Below, one piece after another: positions 1 to 8,886 of a stretch of 64,000 bases of DNA. The position numbers were made by a program, and so were the translations under genes. Under the pieces are notes generated by a model, which worked only from the letters and a program-made list of their open reading frames with translations, made no database searches and was not told where the DNA came from. Each line of letters starts with the position of its first letter. The first letter of the stretch is position 1. Source of the stretch: Planctomycetota bacterium (GTDB lineage: Bacteria > Planctomycetota > UBA1135 > UBA2386); the NCBI GenBank assembly GCA_965228735.1, contig OZ245838.1, forward strand, positions 4,480,001 to 4,544,000, written 5' to 3'.

Positions 1-450
1 GAACTGGCCGGTGCGGAACCTGCTCTCCTCCTCGGACGGCGGCCACAGCGGCACGAGCTTGCCGGCGACGAGCTGCGGATCGATCTTGAGCAGGCGGATC
101 TTGAGCTCGGGATCCTCGGGCAGGAGCCGCGCCTGGTGCACCGAACCGTCGTAGAGCACCACGCGCGTGCGGTCCTTCTGCAGCAGGATCTGATCGATCG
201 TGAGGATGTGTCCTTCGGCGCTCACGAGGATGCCGGTGGCGTAGCTCGTGATGCCGCGGATGCCCGACGCGCCGTGAATCTTCACGAGGCTCGGCATCAC
301 GCCGTCGATGACCTTCTCGACCGCGGTGCGCGGCCCGCGCTGGGCGAACGAGTAGGCCTTGCCGAAGTCCTCGGTCTGGGCCACAGCATCGATCGACAGC
401 ACCAGGACAGCGGCGATCGTCGACAGGAGTGTCGCGGTGCGGGCCATCAT
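1..450 (-). CDS. Trypsin-like (S1C/HtrA-like) protein, 5' part only (runs off window); probably non-catalytic
   Basis: Own translation, not in the ORF track: MMARTATLLSTIAAVLVLSIDAVAQ... (signal peptide) ...SLVKIHG...ATGILVSAEGHILTIDQI...VVLYDG...EDPELKIRLLKID. ATG at 450 overlaps the TGA of the upstream gene (ATGA). Confidence 0.75.
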   Translation of the reverse strand, partial: MMARTATLLSTIAAVLVLSIDAVAQTEDFGKAYSFAQRGPRTAVEKVIDGVMPSLVKIHGASGIRGITSYATGILVSAEGHILTIDQILLQKDRTRVVLYDGSVHQARLLPEDPELKIRLLKIDPQLVAGKLVPLWPPSEEESRFRTGQF

Positions 451-2330
451 TGCGGCCTCCGGAACGTCGAGTCCTGGACCTCGACTGCGGCGCTGCGCAC
501 GAGCCGGTAGTCGAACAACGGGGTCTTGCCGTCCTTCACGACGAACAGCTCGGGGGCGCCGTCGCCCGCGACCGGCCCGACGTGGAACTCCATCTGCGCG
601 CGGTGCAGCGGGTCGCGGAACGTGTATCCGATCGGCTCGCCCGTGATCGTCAGCCACGCCTCGCAGACGCTGCCGGCATCGCCGGGAATGACGAACCGAA
701 AGCCCGGACGGCCGTGCACGTGCACGCCGCCGATGAGCTCCGCGTTCTGCAGGCGCTCGCGCACCTTCGCGGCCGGCCAGAGGAACGGATTGCTGCGCAG
801 CTCACGATCGAGCCGCGCCTTCTCCTCGACGCCGAGCTGCCGCACGGTGTCGCCGTCGACCGCGAAGCCCTCGCCGCCTGCGCCGCGCACGAGCTGCAGG
901 CCGCCGGTCGTGAGGTGCAGCCGTTCGCCGTCGCTCACGAGCTTCGTCGTGACACCTTCCCCGTCGACATACTCGAAGTGGCGTCCGCCCGGATCGTTCG
1001 TCGCTGGCGCCGTGAAGCGCGCCAGCAGCGCTTTCACGGCAAGCCGCCGGTCGATGCGGTTGGCCATGCGCGCGTCCTCGCCGTAGCCGTCCTTGCTCGA
1101 GCCGGTGTCGAGCACGGCCATCTTCACGGTGACGCGACGTTCGTCGCCGAAGCCGCCGGCCTCGAGCGACGGCCGGAAGCCGACCTCGACCCACGTGAAC
1201 GCGGGCAGCACGCCGATCATCGTCGCGAGCTGGTTGGCCGAGCGCACGTCGACGCCGTTGAACCACGTGATCTCGTCGCCGATCGACACGCCGGCCTCGG
1301 CGACGACCGCGTCGCGGTAGATCTGCTGCACGTAGACGCCGCGCTGGCGCTCCTCGCCCGTGCCCGAGTTCATGAACCACGCGCTCATGTCGAGCGTGCC
1401 GTGCTCGGCGTGGCGCCCGGCCATCATGTCGCCGAGGAAGTTCTTGATCTGGTTGCTCGCGATCGCGAACCCAACGCCGACGTTCACGCGGCCGCGGTCG
1501 CCGATCGAGATGCGGCCGTTGATGCCGATCACCTCACCCGCCTCGTTGAACAGCGGTCCGCCCGAGTTGCCCGGGTTGACCGGCGCATCGACCTGGATGC
1601 AGTCGGGGTAGACGAGCATGCGCTGGCCGCCGCCCGACTGGTACCGGTGGGTGCCCGAGACGATCCCGAACGTCACCGTCGGCGTGAAGTCGGTCGCGAG
1701 CAGGAACGGGTTGCCCATCGCGAACACGGTCTCGCCGACGAGCAGCGCGTCGCTGTCGCCGAGGTCGCAGTAGGGCCAGGTCTGACCCTCGTACTTCGGC
1801 ACGAGGCGCAGCACCGCGAGATCGCTGCCCGGGTCGATCCCGAGCACGATGCCCTCGTAGAGCTTGCCGTCGGGCATGCCGACCTTCTTGTTCTTGTAGA
1901 GGTCGGTGCCCTGCGGCCAGTGGTCGAGCCGCCACTCGTCCTTCCATGCTTCGACGAACTCGTGGAACTTCGAGTCGTCGGCGTCCGGGTGCTCCTTGCG
2001 CCACTCGTCGACGAGTTCCTGCGGCGGCTCGGGCGTATCCGGCAGGTCGTAGTCGTCATCGGCCTTGCCGACGACGTGGAAGTTGGTGAGCACGTAGCCG
2101 TGCGGATCGAAGACGACCCCGCTGCCGCCGCCCGGCGCGTCCATCGACATCACGGAGCACACCGCGGCCGCGCAGCGCTCCATGGTCTCGACCCGGCGCT
2201 GCTGGCTCTCGAGCACCGCGGCGAGTTCGGGGTCCTGCATGCCGCACAGGGCGGCTGCCATCGCGAGCATCATGACTGGGATTCGGGGGTTGGGCGCGCC
2301 GCCTCGCGGGGCGCGCAGCGAGATGGCCAC
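447..2330 (-). CDS. HtrA/DegP-like serine protease (S1C) with PDZ domain and C-terminal extension
   Basis: GGGSGVV, LTNFHV (His), DLAVL (Asp), DAPVNPGNSGGPL (Ser), PDZ-like AGVSIGDEITWFNG. Start placed at GTG 2330 (or ATG ~2273); the longer ORF-track start overlaps the upstream gene. Confidence 0.9.
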   Translation of the reverse strand: MAISLRAPRGGAPNPRIPVMMLAMAAALCGMQDPELAAVLESQQRRVETMERCAAAVCSVMSMDAPGGGSGVVFDPHGYVLTNFHVVGKADDDYDLPDTPEPPQELVDEWRKEHPDADDSKFHEFVEAWKDEWRLDHWPQGTDLYKNKKVGMPDGKLYEGIVLGIDPGSDLAVLRLVPKYEGQTWPYCDLGDSDALLVGETVFAMGNPFLLATDFTPTVTFGIVSGTHRYQSGGGQRMLVYPDCIQVDAPVNPGNSGGPLFNEAGEVIGINGRISIGDRGRVNVGVGFAIASNQIKNFLGDMMAGRHAEHGTLDMSAWFMNSGTGEERQRGVYVQQIYRDAVVAEAGVSIGDEITWFNGVDVRSANQLATMIGVLPAFTWVEVGFRPSLEAGGFGDERRVTVKMAVLDTGSSKDGYGEDARMANRIDRRLAVKALLARFTAPATNDPGGRHFEYVDGEGVTTKLVSDGERLHLTTGGLQLVRGAGGEGFAVDGDTVRQLGVEEKARLDRELRSNPFLWPAAKVRERLQNAELIGGVHVHGRPGFRFVIPGDAGSVCEAWLTITGEPIGYTFRDPLHRAQMEFHVGPVAGDGAPELFVVKDGKTPLFDYRLVRSAAVEVQDSTFRRPQ

Positions 2331-2337
2331 GGCGCCG

Positions 2338-3588
2338 TCAGCGTCGCAGCACGCGGGCCTCGGCGAACGCGCAGTAGTCGCCGAGGTCGTAGTTCTTGCC
2401 GAAGTCGACTTCGAGCGCGAGGGTCTTGGCCTTGCCGAGCTCCAGGCGCACGCGCTCCGGCGGCATGCCGCGCGTGCGGCCGTCGGACTCGTACGCGACC
2501 TTGCCGTCGACGTGCACGCGGAACACGGCGTGCGCCTGCGGCCCGCCGCGGTCGTCGATGCCGATCGTCGCCTCGAAGACGTCGTACTCGCCGCCGAGGT
2601 CGAACGTGAGCCTGGTGTGCGGCACCATGCCGATCCCACGGCCGAACGTCTCGCCCGCGAGCTGGAAACCCGGGCCGGCGACGGACCGATCGACGGTCCA
2701 CGGCCACACCCGATCGAACGCGGGCGTCTGGGCGACGGTGGGCTCGAACTCGGACAGCCAGCGCAGCCGATCGCTCGCGACCGTGAGCCGCGCGAGTCGA
2801 CCGCTCGGGATCGCGACCTCGCAGCCCTCGTCGAGCCGCAGTCGCAGGTTCGCGCCGAGCGCGAGCAACCGGCCTTCGAGGTGATCACCGGTGTCACAAT
2901 CGATGGCGACGCGCGGCGGCGCCTGCTCGTCGGCTGCGAAGCCGGTATTGTTGCCGAAGACGATGCCGAGCACGTCCGCGAGTGGATACTCGATCTCCCG
3001 ATCGCGCAGCCGGAACAGCACCTTGTCGGCCTGCATGCCGGCGACGGTCACCTGGAAGCGGCGCTGCTCGCCGTCGCGTTGGACGTAGAGGAAGTCGCGG
3101 TTCTCCGGCGCGTCGTCGAGGTCGTTGCTGAACGACGCCGGTGCAGCGCGGCCCTCGCCGGCGTGCCGTACGGCGCGCAGCGTGCTGAGCGGCAGCTCGA
3201 GCGTGACCCCGACCGAGAGCTCGACGCCGAGGCGCGCGGGCTGCCCGCCGCCGGCCGCGATGCCGTGGATCTTCCGGGCGGCGAACTGCTGGCCCGAACG
3301 CAGCCACACCCGATGCGGCGCCGCCGTGTTCGCGGGCTTGACCGCATCCGGGGTGAAGCTCGTGACCTCGTCGAGCGTCAGCGTGACCGTTTCCCCCGCG
3401 GTCTGGACGGTCACGTTGCCGTCCCCGTTCGCGGTGAGCGTTCCCGTGAGCTTGCGGCCCTCGATCGTCTCGACGAGACCGACGGGGCCACCGGCGGGCG
3501 GCGCGGCCTCCTGGCTTCGCACCGCCCCCGCGACTACGGCGACGGCAGCGAGCGCCGCGACGGTGAACGCAGAACGGTCCGCGCTCAC
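2338..3588 (-). CDS. Secreted NPCBM/NEW2 domain protein
   Basis: C-terminal DRSVAG...RGIGM...LTFDLGGEYDVFEATIGIDD...FRVHVDG...LEVDFG..DLGD..AFAEAR fits NPCBM; signal peptide after GTG 3588, which overlaps the upstream stop (GTGA). Confidence 0.85.
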   Translation of the reverse strand: MSADRSAFTVAALAAVAVVAGAVRSQEAAPPAGGPVGLVETIEGRKLTGTLTANGDGNVTVQTAGETVTLTLDEVTSFTPDAVKPANTAAPHRVWLRSGQQFAARKIHGIAAGGGQPARLGVELSVGVTLELPLSTLRAVRHAGEGRAAPASFSNDLDDAPENRDFLYVQRDGEQRRFQVTVAGMQADKVLFRLRDREIEYPLADVLGIVFGNNTGFAADEQAPPRVAIDCDTGDHLEGRLLALGANLRLRLDEGCEVAIPSGRLARLTVASDRLRWLSEFEPTVAQTPAFDRVWPWTVDRSVAGPGFQLAGETFGRGIGMVPHTRLTFDLGGEYDVFEATIGIDDRGGPQAHAVFRVHVDGKVAYESDGRTRGMPPERVRLELGKAKTLALEVDFGKNYDLGDYCAFAEARVLRR

Positions 3589-4631
3589 CGGCTGCCCGTG
3601 CCCGTGCCGAGCTTCTTGTAGTACTGCTCGAGCATCTTGCGGTACTGCGGCGGCAGCGAGTTCTGGATCTCGGCCTCGATCTTCTCGCGGTCGCGATCCT
3701 TCATGTCGCCCCACCGGTCGGCGAGCGTCGGCTTGGTCTTGAGTTCACCGACCGAACCGTCGCCCTCGGGGAGGCCGCTGCTGTTGGCCGGGTTCTGCGA
3801 CGGGCCGTTGCCCGACGGCGGACCGCTCGACTGCTTCTCCATCTCCTCGTACATCTCGATGAGCTGCTGCAGCTCCTCGAGGTACTTCTCCTGCTCGATC
3901 TGCACCGGCTCGTGCGTGCGCTTCTTCTTCAGATCGCGCCGCGTCTTCTTCATCCGGTCCGCGAGGTTGTGGAGCTGGCTCTCCTGCTGGCGCTCGAGCT
4001 CGAGCACCTGCTGGTGGGCCGCCGAACGGAAGCGTTCGCTGGCCTCGGGGAACCACTGCAAGAACGCCTTGAAGCGCGGGATCGCGAGGTCCGGGTACGG
4101 GATCTCGGCGAGCGACTGCGCGTAGTAGAACGCCGCTTCGGCATCGAGCGGCGAGTTGTTGATGTCCTGGCGGATGTATTCGCCGAGCACCTCGACGGTG
4201 CGCTCGGGGTCATCGCTCTCGAGGAAGACCTCGGCCAGGTGGTAGCGCACGTGCGCGCGCAGCAGGCCCTGGTCCGGCTTGGCGCCGGCCAACACCTGCG
4301 TCAGCGCGAGTGCGGCCTTCGGATCGGCGTCCTCGTGCAGCTTGACCGCCGCATCGAAGGCCGGCACCGCCGCGCGCACGAGCATGTCGGCGGCGGTCGT
4401 GAGACCGTATTCGTCGACATTGGTGCGGAACGTCTCGATCTGCTGCGCCGTCGCGCCGAGCGCGGTCGCGGCAGTCTCGAACTTCTCCTGGTCGAACGGC
4501 CGGAACGGGTTCTCCGCGATGGGCTGACCGGAGCCGCCACCCTGACCGCTGCCTTCTTGGGCGAACGCCAGGCCCGCGCTCAGCGTGAGCGCGAGCAGAC
4601 CGGTGGCGCACGTCCTCACGAGGAGGCTCAC
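3585..4631 (-). CDS. Secreted TPR/coiled-coil protein
   Basis: Signal peptide; TPR-like helices (AAFYYAQSLAE..AIPRFKAFLQWFP); C-terminal WGDM...LPPQYRKMLEQYYKKL; SD GGAGGG upstream. Confidence 0.8.
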   Translation of the reverse strand: MSLLVRTCATGLLALTLSAGLAFAQEGSGQGGGSGQPIAENPFRPFDQEKFETAATALGATAQQIETFRTNVDEYGLTTAADMLVRAAVPAFDAAVKLHEDADPKAALALTQVLAGAKPDQGLLRAHVRYHLAEVFLESDDPERTVEVLGEYIRQDINNSPLDAEAAFYYAQSLAEIPYPDLAIPRFKAFLQWFPEASERFRSAAHQQVLELERQQESQLHNLADRMKKTRRDLKKKRTHEPVQIEQEKYLEELQQLIEMYEEMEKQSSGPPSGNGPSQNPANSSGLPEGDGSVGELKTKPTLADRWGDMKDRDREKIEAEIQNSLPPQYRKMLEQYYKKLGTGTGSR

Positions 4632-6625
4632 TTGCCCTCCTCGGTGTGGTTCTCCTTGTTGAGCTTGACCGCGAGCTTGCGCATCAGCTGCTGGACGCGA
4701 CCCTGCTTGCCGGACAGCAGTCCGGCCTCGGCGTCGCCTTCGGCAGTGTGCTTGGCTTCATCGGCTTTCTCTTCGTAAGCCTTGGTCGCCTTGTTCACGC
4801 GTTCCTGGAGGTACTTCAGCATCTTGAGCTCTGCCGACACGGGCACGAGCGGCGGTTCCCCGCCTCAACCAGACCCCGTTCAACCACCGCCTTCTTTGAT
4901 CTCGATGGTCTTGCGGAGCGCGTTGATCAGGAGCTCGAGGGTGTCCTCGACCTCCTTCTGCTTGAGCTGGACGATCGTGCCGGTCTCGTAGGCGCGGCAA
5001 CGCGACGCGACGTCGTGCAGCTGCTCCTTGAGGTCCATGACGATCTCGGGGAACACGGCCGTGCTGCCCTCTTCTTCGAGCAGCTTGAGCGCGTCGCTGG
5101 CCTCGACCTCGAGGTCACCCTCGCCGGTCGCGACGAGCATGATCTTGTCCTTGAGCGCGGCCGGCAGCGACCCGTCGGCCGTGAGGACCGTCTCGCGCTG
5201 ACCGTGCAGCGTCGTCGTCGCGATCGTCAGCTCGCGCTGGATCGCGAGCATCGCCGTGAAGCGTTCTTCGAGCGCGCGCAGCACCTCGTCCTTGAGCTGC
5301 TGGCGCAGCTGGGCGAGGGCCTCTTCGAGCTCCTTGCTCGCGGCCTCGAGGTTCTCCTTGGCGTCCTGCTGGTCCTGCTTGGCCGGCTTGTACTCCTTGA
5401 GCGTGCCGGCGGCCGAGCGCTGCTGCGGCACGGCCTGCTGCACGCGCTTCTTGCCGGGCGTCGGCTGACCTTCGTTGTTCTCGTCGCCCTTCTCCGCGTC
5501 TTCCATCTTCTGGGAGAGCGTGTCCGTGGCGTGTTTGGTGTTCTCCTGGCGTTTGGCCAGTTCGTCGAACGGCAGCTTGTCGAGCTCGCGGCGAGCCTCG
5601 TCGATCATGTCGTCGAGTTCGGCGACGGTCTTCTTCAGGTTCTCGATCGCGTGGTCCTGATCCTTGAGCGCCGGCTCCGGCTGGTTGTCGCCGAGCTTCT
5701 CGCACGCCTGCCCCATCGCGCCCGCGGCCTTGCCGGCGCTCCCAGCACTGCCCTTCGACGGCTTGCCGGGTTGCGACTCGCTCGGTTCGCCAGGCTTGCT
5801 CTCGCTCGGCTCGCCGGGCTCGCTCGGCTCACCCGGCTTGCCGGGCTCACCGGGCTTCCCGGACTCACCAGCCTTCGGCTCGCCCGCCTTCGGGTCGCCG
5901 GCCTTGGCCTCGGCGTCGAGTTCGGCCTTGTCGGCCTCGAGCTCCGCGAGATCCTCGGCGAGCTTCTCGGTGTCTTCCTGCAGGTCCTTCTCCTGCTTGC
6001 CGAGCTCGTCGGTCTGGCCTGCCGCGGCCTCCATGCCGAGCTCGTTCGTCGCCGCGCGCAGCTCCTGCTGACGACGCAGCAGCTCGGCCGCCTCGGCGCG
6101 CTTCCGCTCGGCTTCCTTGATGAGCTCCTGCAGCGCTTCGACGCGCGCGGAGTCTTCCTTCTCCTCGCCCTGTTCCTGCGCCAGACGATCGACCTCCTTC
6201 TTGAAGTTCTCGAGCTGCGCGATGCGCTCGAGCAGCTTCCGCAGGTCGTCGTTGCGGTTCTGCAGGATCTCGTAGAGCTTGGTGAGCTTCTCGCGCACCT
6301 GGCCGATCTCGACGAGCGCGTCGTCCCAGCGCTCCTGCCCGAGCAGCGTGCGCACGCGCGCCATCTGCTCGTGGATCTTGGCCTCCTGCACGTACTGGCT
6401 GCCGGCCCGCAGGATGCTCGCGTCGGTCGCCGCGTTGGCGTCGGCGTCGTCCTTCTGCAGGACGAGCATCAGCTTCTGCATGCGCTCGGTGAGATCGCGG
6501 AACTTGGTCCGCGCCATCTCCTGCTTCGTGATCGCCGACGGATCCTGCGCCACGAGGGGCGGGCCGATCGGCACCATCGCCACGAACAAGAGTGCCGCTA
6601 GGGCGGCGATTCCGCGTTGCATCAT
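4628..6625 (-). CDS. Secreted coiled-coil protein (665 aa if read through) with two in-frame UGA codons; candidate selenoprotein/readthrough gene
   Basis: ORFs 4880..6625 and 4628..4846 share a frame. Junction: ATC AAA GAA GGC GGT GGT TGA ACG GGG TCT GGT TGA GGC GGG GAA CCG CCG CTC GTG CCC = IKEGGG*TGSG*GGEPPLVP, continuing VSAELKMLKYLQERVNKAT. The coding status of both parts is well supported; the fusion is inferred. Confidence 0.65.
4828..4864 (-). promoter_or_regulatory. Two adjacent hairpins 3' of the in-frame UGAs (putative tandem bacterial SECIS-like elements)
   Basis: mRNA GGCGG-GGAA-CCGCC (4864-4851), loop 20 nt after UGA1; GCUC-G-UGCC-CGUGUC-GGCA-GAGC (4850-4828), loop 23 nt after UGA2. 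Folded by eye. Confidence 0.5.
5750..5905 (-). repeat. Low-complexity coding repeat ((K/E)PGEP-type linker)
   Basis: KAGDPKAGEPKAGESGKPGEPGKPGEPSEPGEPSESKPGEPSESQPGKPS. Confidence 0.85.
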
Positions 6626-6633
6626 GGGGTCAC

Positions 6634-8886
6634 CTACTTGCCATTCTTCTTCGGCTGTTTGTCGCCCTTGTCCGGACCACCGAAGAACTCGTTCTCGGAC
6701 GCCTGAGCCTTGCCCTCGACGTCCTGAATCACGGATTCCTCTATCTTTATCACGGTTCGGAGTTCCTCCAGCAGTGCCGCGAGGGTCTCCGCCTGTTCCA
6801 TTTCTGCGAACACGGCCAACAGGCGCCGCTCGATATCGATGTAACCGTCTATCGCCGCTTTGCTTACCTCGGCTTCGCGAGTCCGTGCAAAAGTATCCAC
6901 CTGGCGCCCCGTCGTCGGGAAAGCCTCCTTGGCAACGGCCGTCAGGGGAGCCGGGATCACCCGTTCCATCTGCCGCACCTTCCCGGACTCGATCAGGCGG
7001 TTGTTCTCGTACTCCCAGAGGATGCGCTGGTAGGACTCGGCGATGAAACTCGTCCGGCGGCCGAGCGAGACCTGCTGCCGCGCCAGGGTGCGCAGCCGCC
7101 CCATCACGCGGCGCTCGCGGTCGCCGACCTTGCCCTGGTTCACGACCGCGCTGAGCTCCCTGAGCTCGAGCAGGCCGGCCTGATGTTCGGTGATGATGCG
7201 GCCGAGCTCCTGACGCTGCTCGATCTGGCGGCGCCGCAGGTCCTCGAGCAGGCGCTCGCGGGTGACGACGCGGAACGTGAGCGTCTCGCAGTAGCCGGTG
7301 TGCGGTTCACCCGGCCCGAAGTTGTCGCGAGCGCGGTAGCGCATCGACAGCGTCATGCCGGGACGGATGCGGTTGTCCGCGTGGTTCTGCGCCGGCTGCG
7401 GATTCCATTGCCGCAGATCGACCGTCGCCTCGGTCTCGTAGCGCAGCGTGTTGGTCGTCATCGCCTCGACGTAGGACGCGGCGGCGTTCTCGAACGGTGC
7501 TGGCGGCACCACGGTGTCGCTGCCCGAGTCCTGCGGCGCGTCCTCGGCGATGCGCAGCTCGACGCCGATCTCACGCAGGCCGAAGTCGTCCTTCACCTTG
7601 AGCGTGCCCGGGATGCGCGCGTGGCTCGCGATCAACGAACCGATGCCACGCAGGCGCAGGTCGACCTTGGGCGCGCGGTCGTCGCCGACGCGCAGCAGGA
7701 GCTTGGGTGGCGCGCTCGCGCCGAGTTTGTCCGTGTCGATCACGTCGATGACGAGCAGCCCCGAACTCTCGGGCACGAGCTCGCCGGAAAAGGACCGGCC
7801 GTCGCCGGCACGTGTAAGCGGATACTTGCGGTCGTCGCCGAACAGCAGGAACGCCTCGTCGATCGGCTTGTGGGAAGTGCCCGCGACGAGCAGCTTGGAG
7901 CCGCTCGGCAGCCGCAGGTCGCCCTCGGTCGGCGGCACGACGTCGTTCTCCCGTTCCATGTACTCGGGATAGACGATCTCGAGCTGCAGGTCGCCGATGC
8001 GCGGCCGTTCGACGATCGTCACCGCGAGCTCGACCGGCAGCGCGTCGCCGCCCTCGGCCCGCAGGACGACGTCCTCGAGCACGGTGTCGAGCGTGAGCGT
8101 GAACTCGCCGTCGCCCGTGGCGCTCATCGGTTCGCTACCGACGTCACCGCCCGCGAACTCGTAGTCGAGGAACACCTGCTCCGGCATCTCGCCGCTCGCG
8201 ACGATGCGCACGGTGAGCGCGTCACCCTGCGGCAGGCGCACGGCGCCCTCGGCGTCCGCGAACGACAGCGTCGTGTAGCGCGGCCAGTCGACGCTGGAGA
8301 GCAGCAGGTTGCGCTGCGCCCAGATGCCCAGCGTCGAGCCGCTGATCGCGCCCCAGACGATGAAGAACAGCAGCGTGAAGACGATCGCGGCGAAGAACTT
8401 GCCGACGCGGCCGCCGTTGATCGCGTTGCCGAACGGGATCGAGTCGAGTCGCGCCGACGTGCTGCGCACCACCTCCGACATCATGTCCGTCGATTCGATG
8501 CTCGCGGCAGCCGCTCCGACGCCGCTGCCGACGAGCCGTTGGTCGAACTGCAGCGAGCTGATGAGCGATTGTTTGATGCCGGGCGCGCGGCGTTCGACCG
8601 CGAGCGCCATCTCCTCGTCGTCGAGCGTCACCGCCATCGGCCGCACGAACCGATGGCGCACCATCCGGAACACGACGACCGCGAAGCTCAGCAGCAGCAC
8701 CGCGCGGAACGCGAACTCGAGCCGCAGGAAGCGATCCGTGATCAGCGTCGGCATCGCGTAGGCCACGAGCAGCAGACCGAACGCGCCGAGCGTCTCGATC
8801 CAGATGCCACGGCGCGCGCGCGCCCGCAGTCCGTCGAACTTGGTCCTGGCCTGGCCGAGGATCACGCCGTCTGCAGTCGATGTCAT
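6634..8886 (-). CDS. Membrane-anchored protein with Ig-like middle region and coiled-coil C-terminus (DUF4175-like)
   Basis: Three N-terminal hydrophobic segments, LISSLQF, WPRYT, YPEYM, DDRAPKV, DDFGL; ATG 8886 overlaps the upstream stop. Confidence 0.75.
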   Translation of the reverse strand: MTSTADGVILGQARTKFDGLRARARRGIWIETLGAFGLLLVAYAMPTLITDRFLRLEFAFRAVLLLSFAVVVFRMVRHRFVRPMAVTLDDEEMALAVERRAPGIKQSLISSLQFDQRLVGSGVGAAAASIESTDMMSEVVRSTSARLDSIPFGNAINGGRVGKFFAAIVFTLLFFIVWGAISGSTLGIWAQRNLLLSSVDWPRYTTLSFADAEGAVRLPQGDALTVRIVASGEMPEQVFLDYEFAGGDVGSEPMSATGDGEFTLTLDTVLEDVVLRAEGGDALPVELAVTIVERPRIGDLQLEIVYPEYMERENDVVPPTEGDLRLPSGSKLLVAGTSHKPIDEAFLLFGDDRKYPLTRAGDGRSFSGELVPESSGLLVIDVIDTDKLGASAPPKLLLRVGDDRAPKVDLRLRGIGSLIASHARIPGTLKVKDDFGLREIGVELRIAEDAPQDSGSDTVVPPAPFENAAASYVEAMTTNTLRYETEATVDLRQWNPQPAQNHADNRIRPGMTLSMRYRARDNFGPGEPHTGYCETLTFRVVTRERLLEDLRRRQIEQRQELGRIITEHQAGLLELRELSAVVNQGKVGDRERRVMGRLRTLARQQVSLGRRTSFIAESYQRILWEYENNRLIESGKVRQMERVIPAPLTAVAKEAFPTTGRQVDTFARTREAEVSKAAIDGYIDIERRLLAVFAEMEQAETLAALLEELRTVIKIEESVIQDVEGKAQASENEFFGGPDKGDKQPKKNGK

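Noticed and set aside
4628..4882. Genome-wide UGA reassignment (code 4 or 25)
   Set aside because: Many genes end in UGA, with ATGA/GTGA overlaps and family-typical C-termini (lemA, parB, actD).
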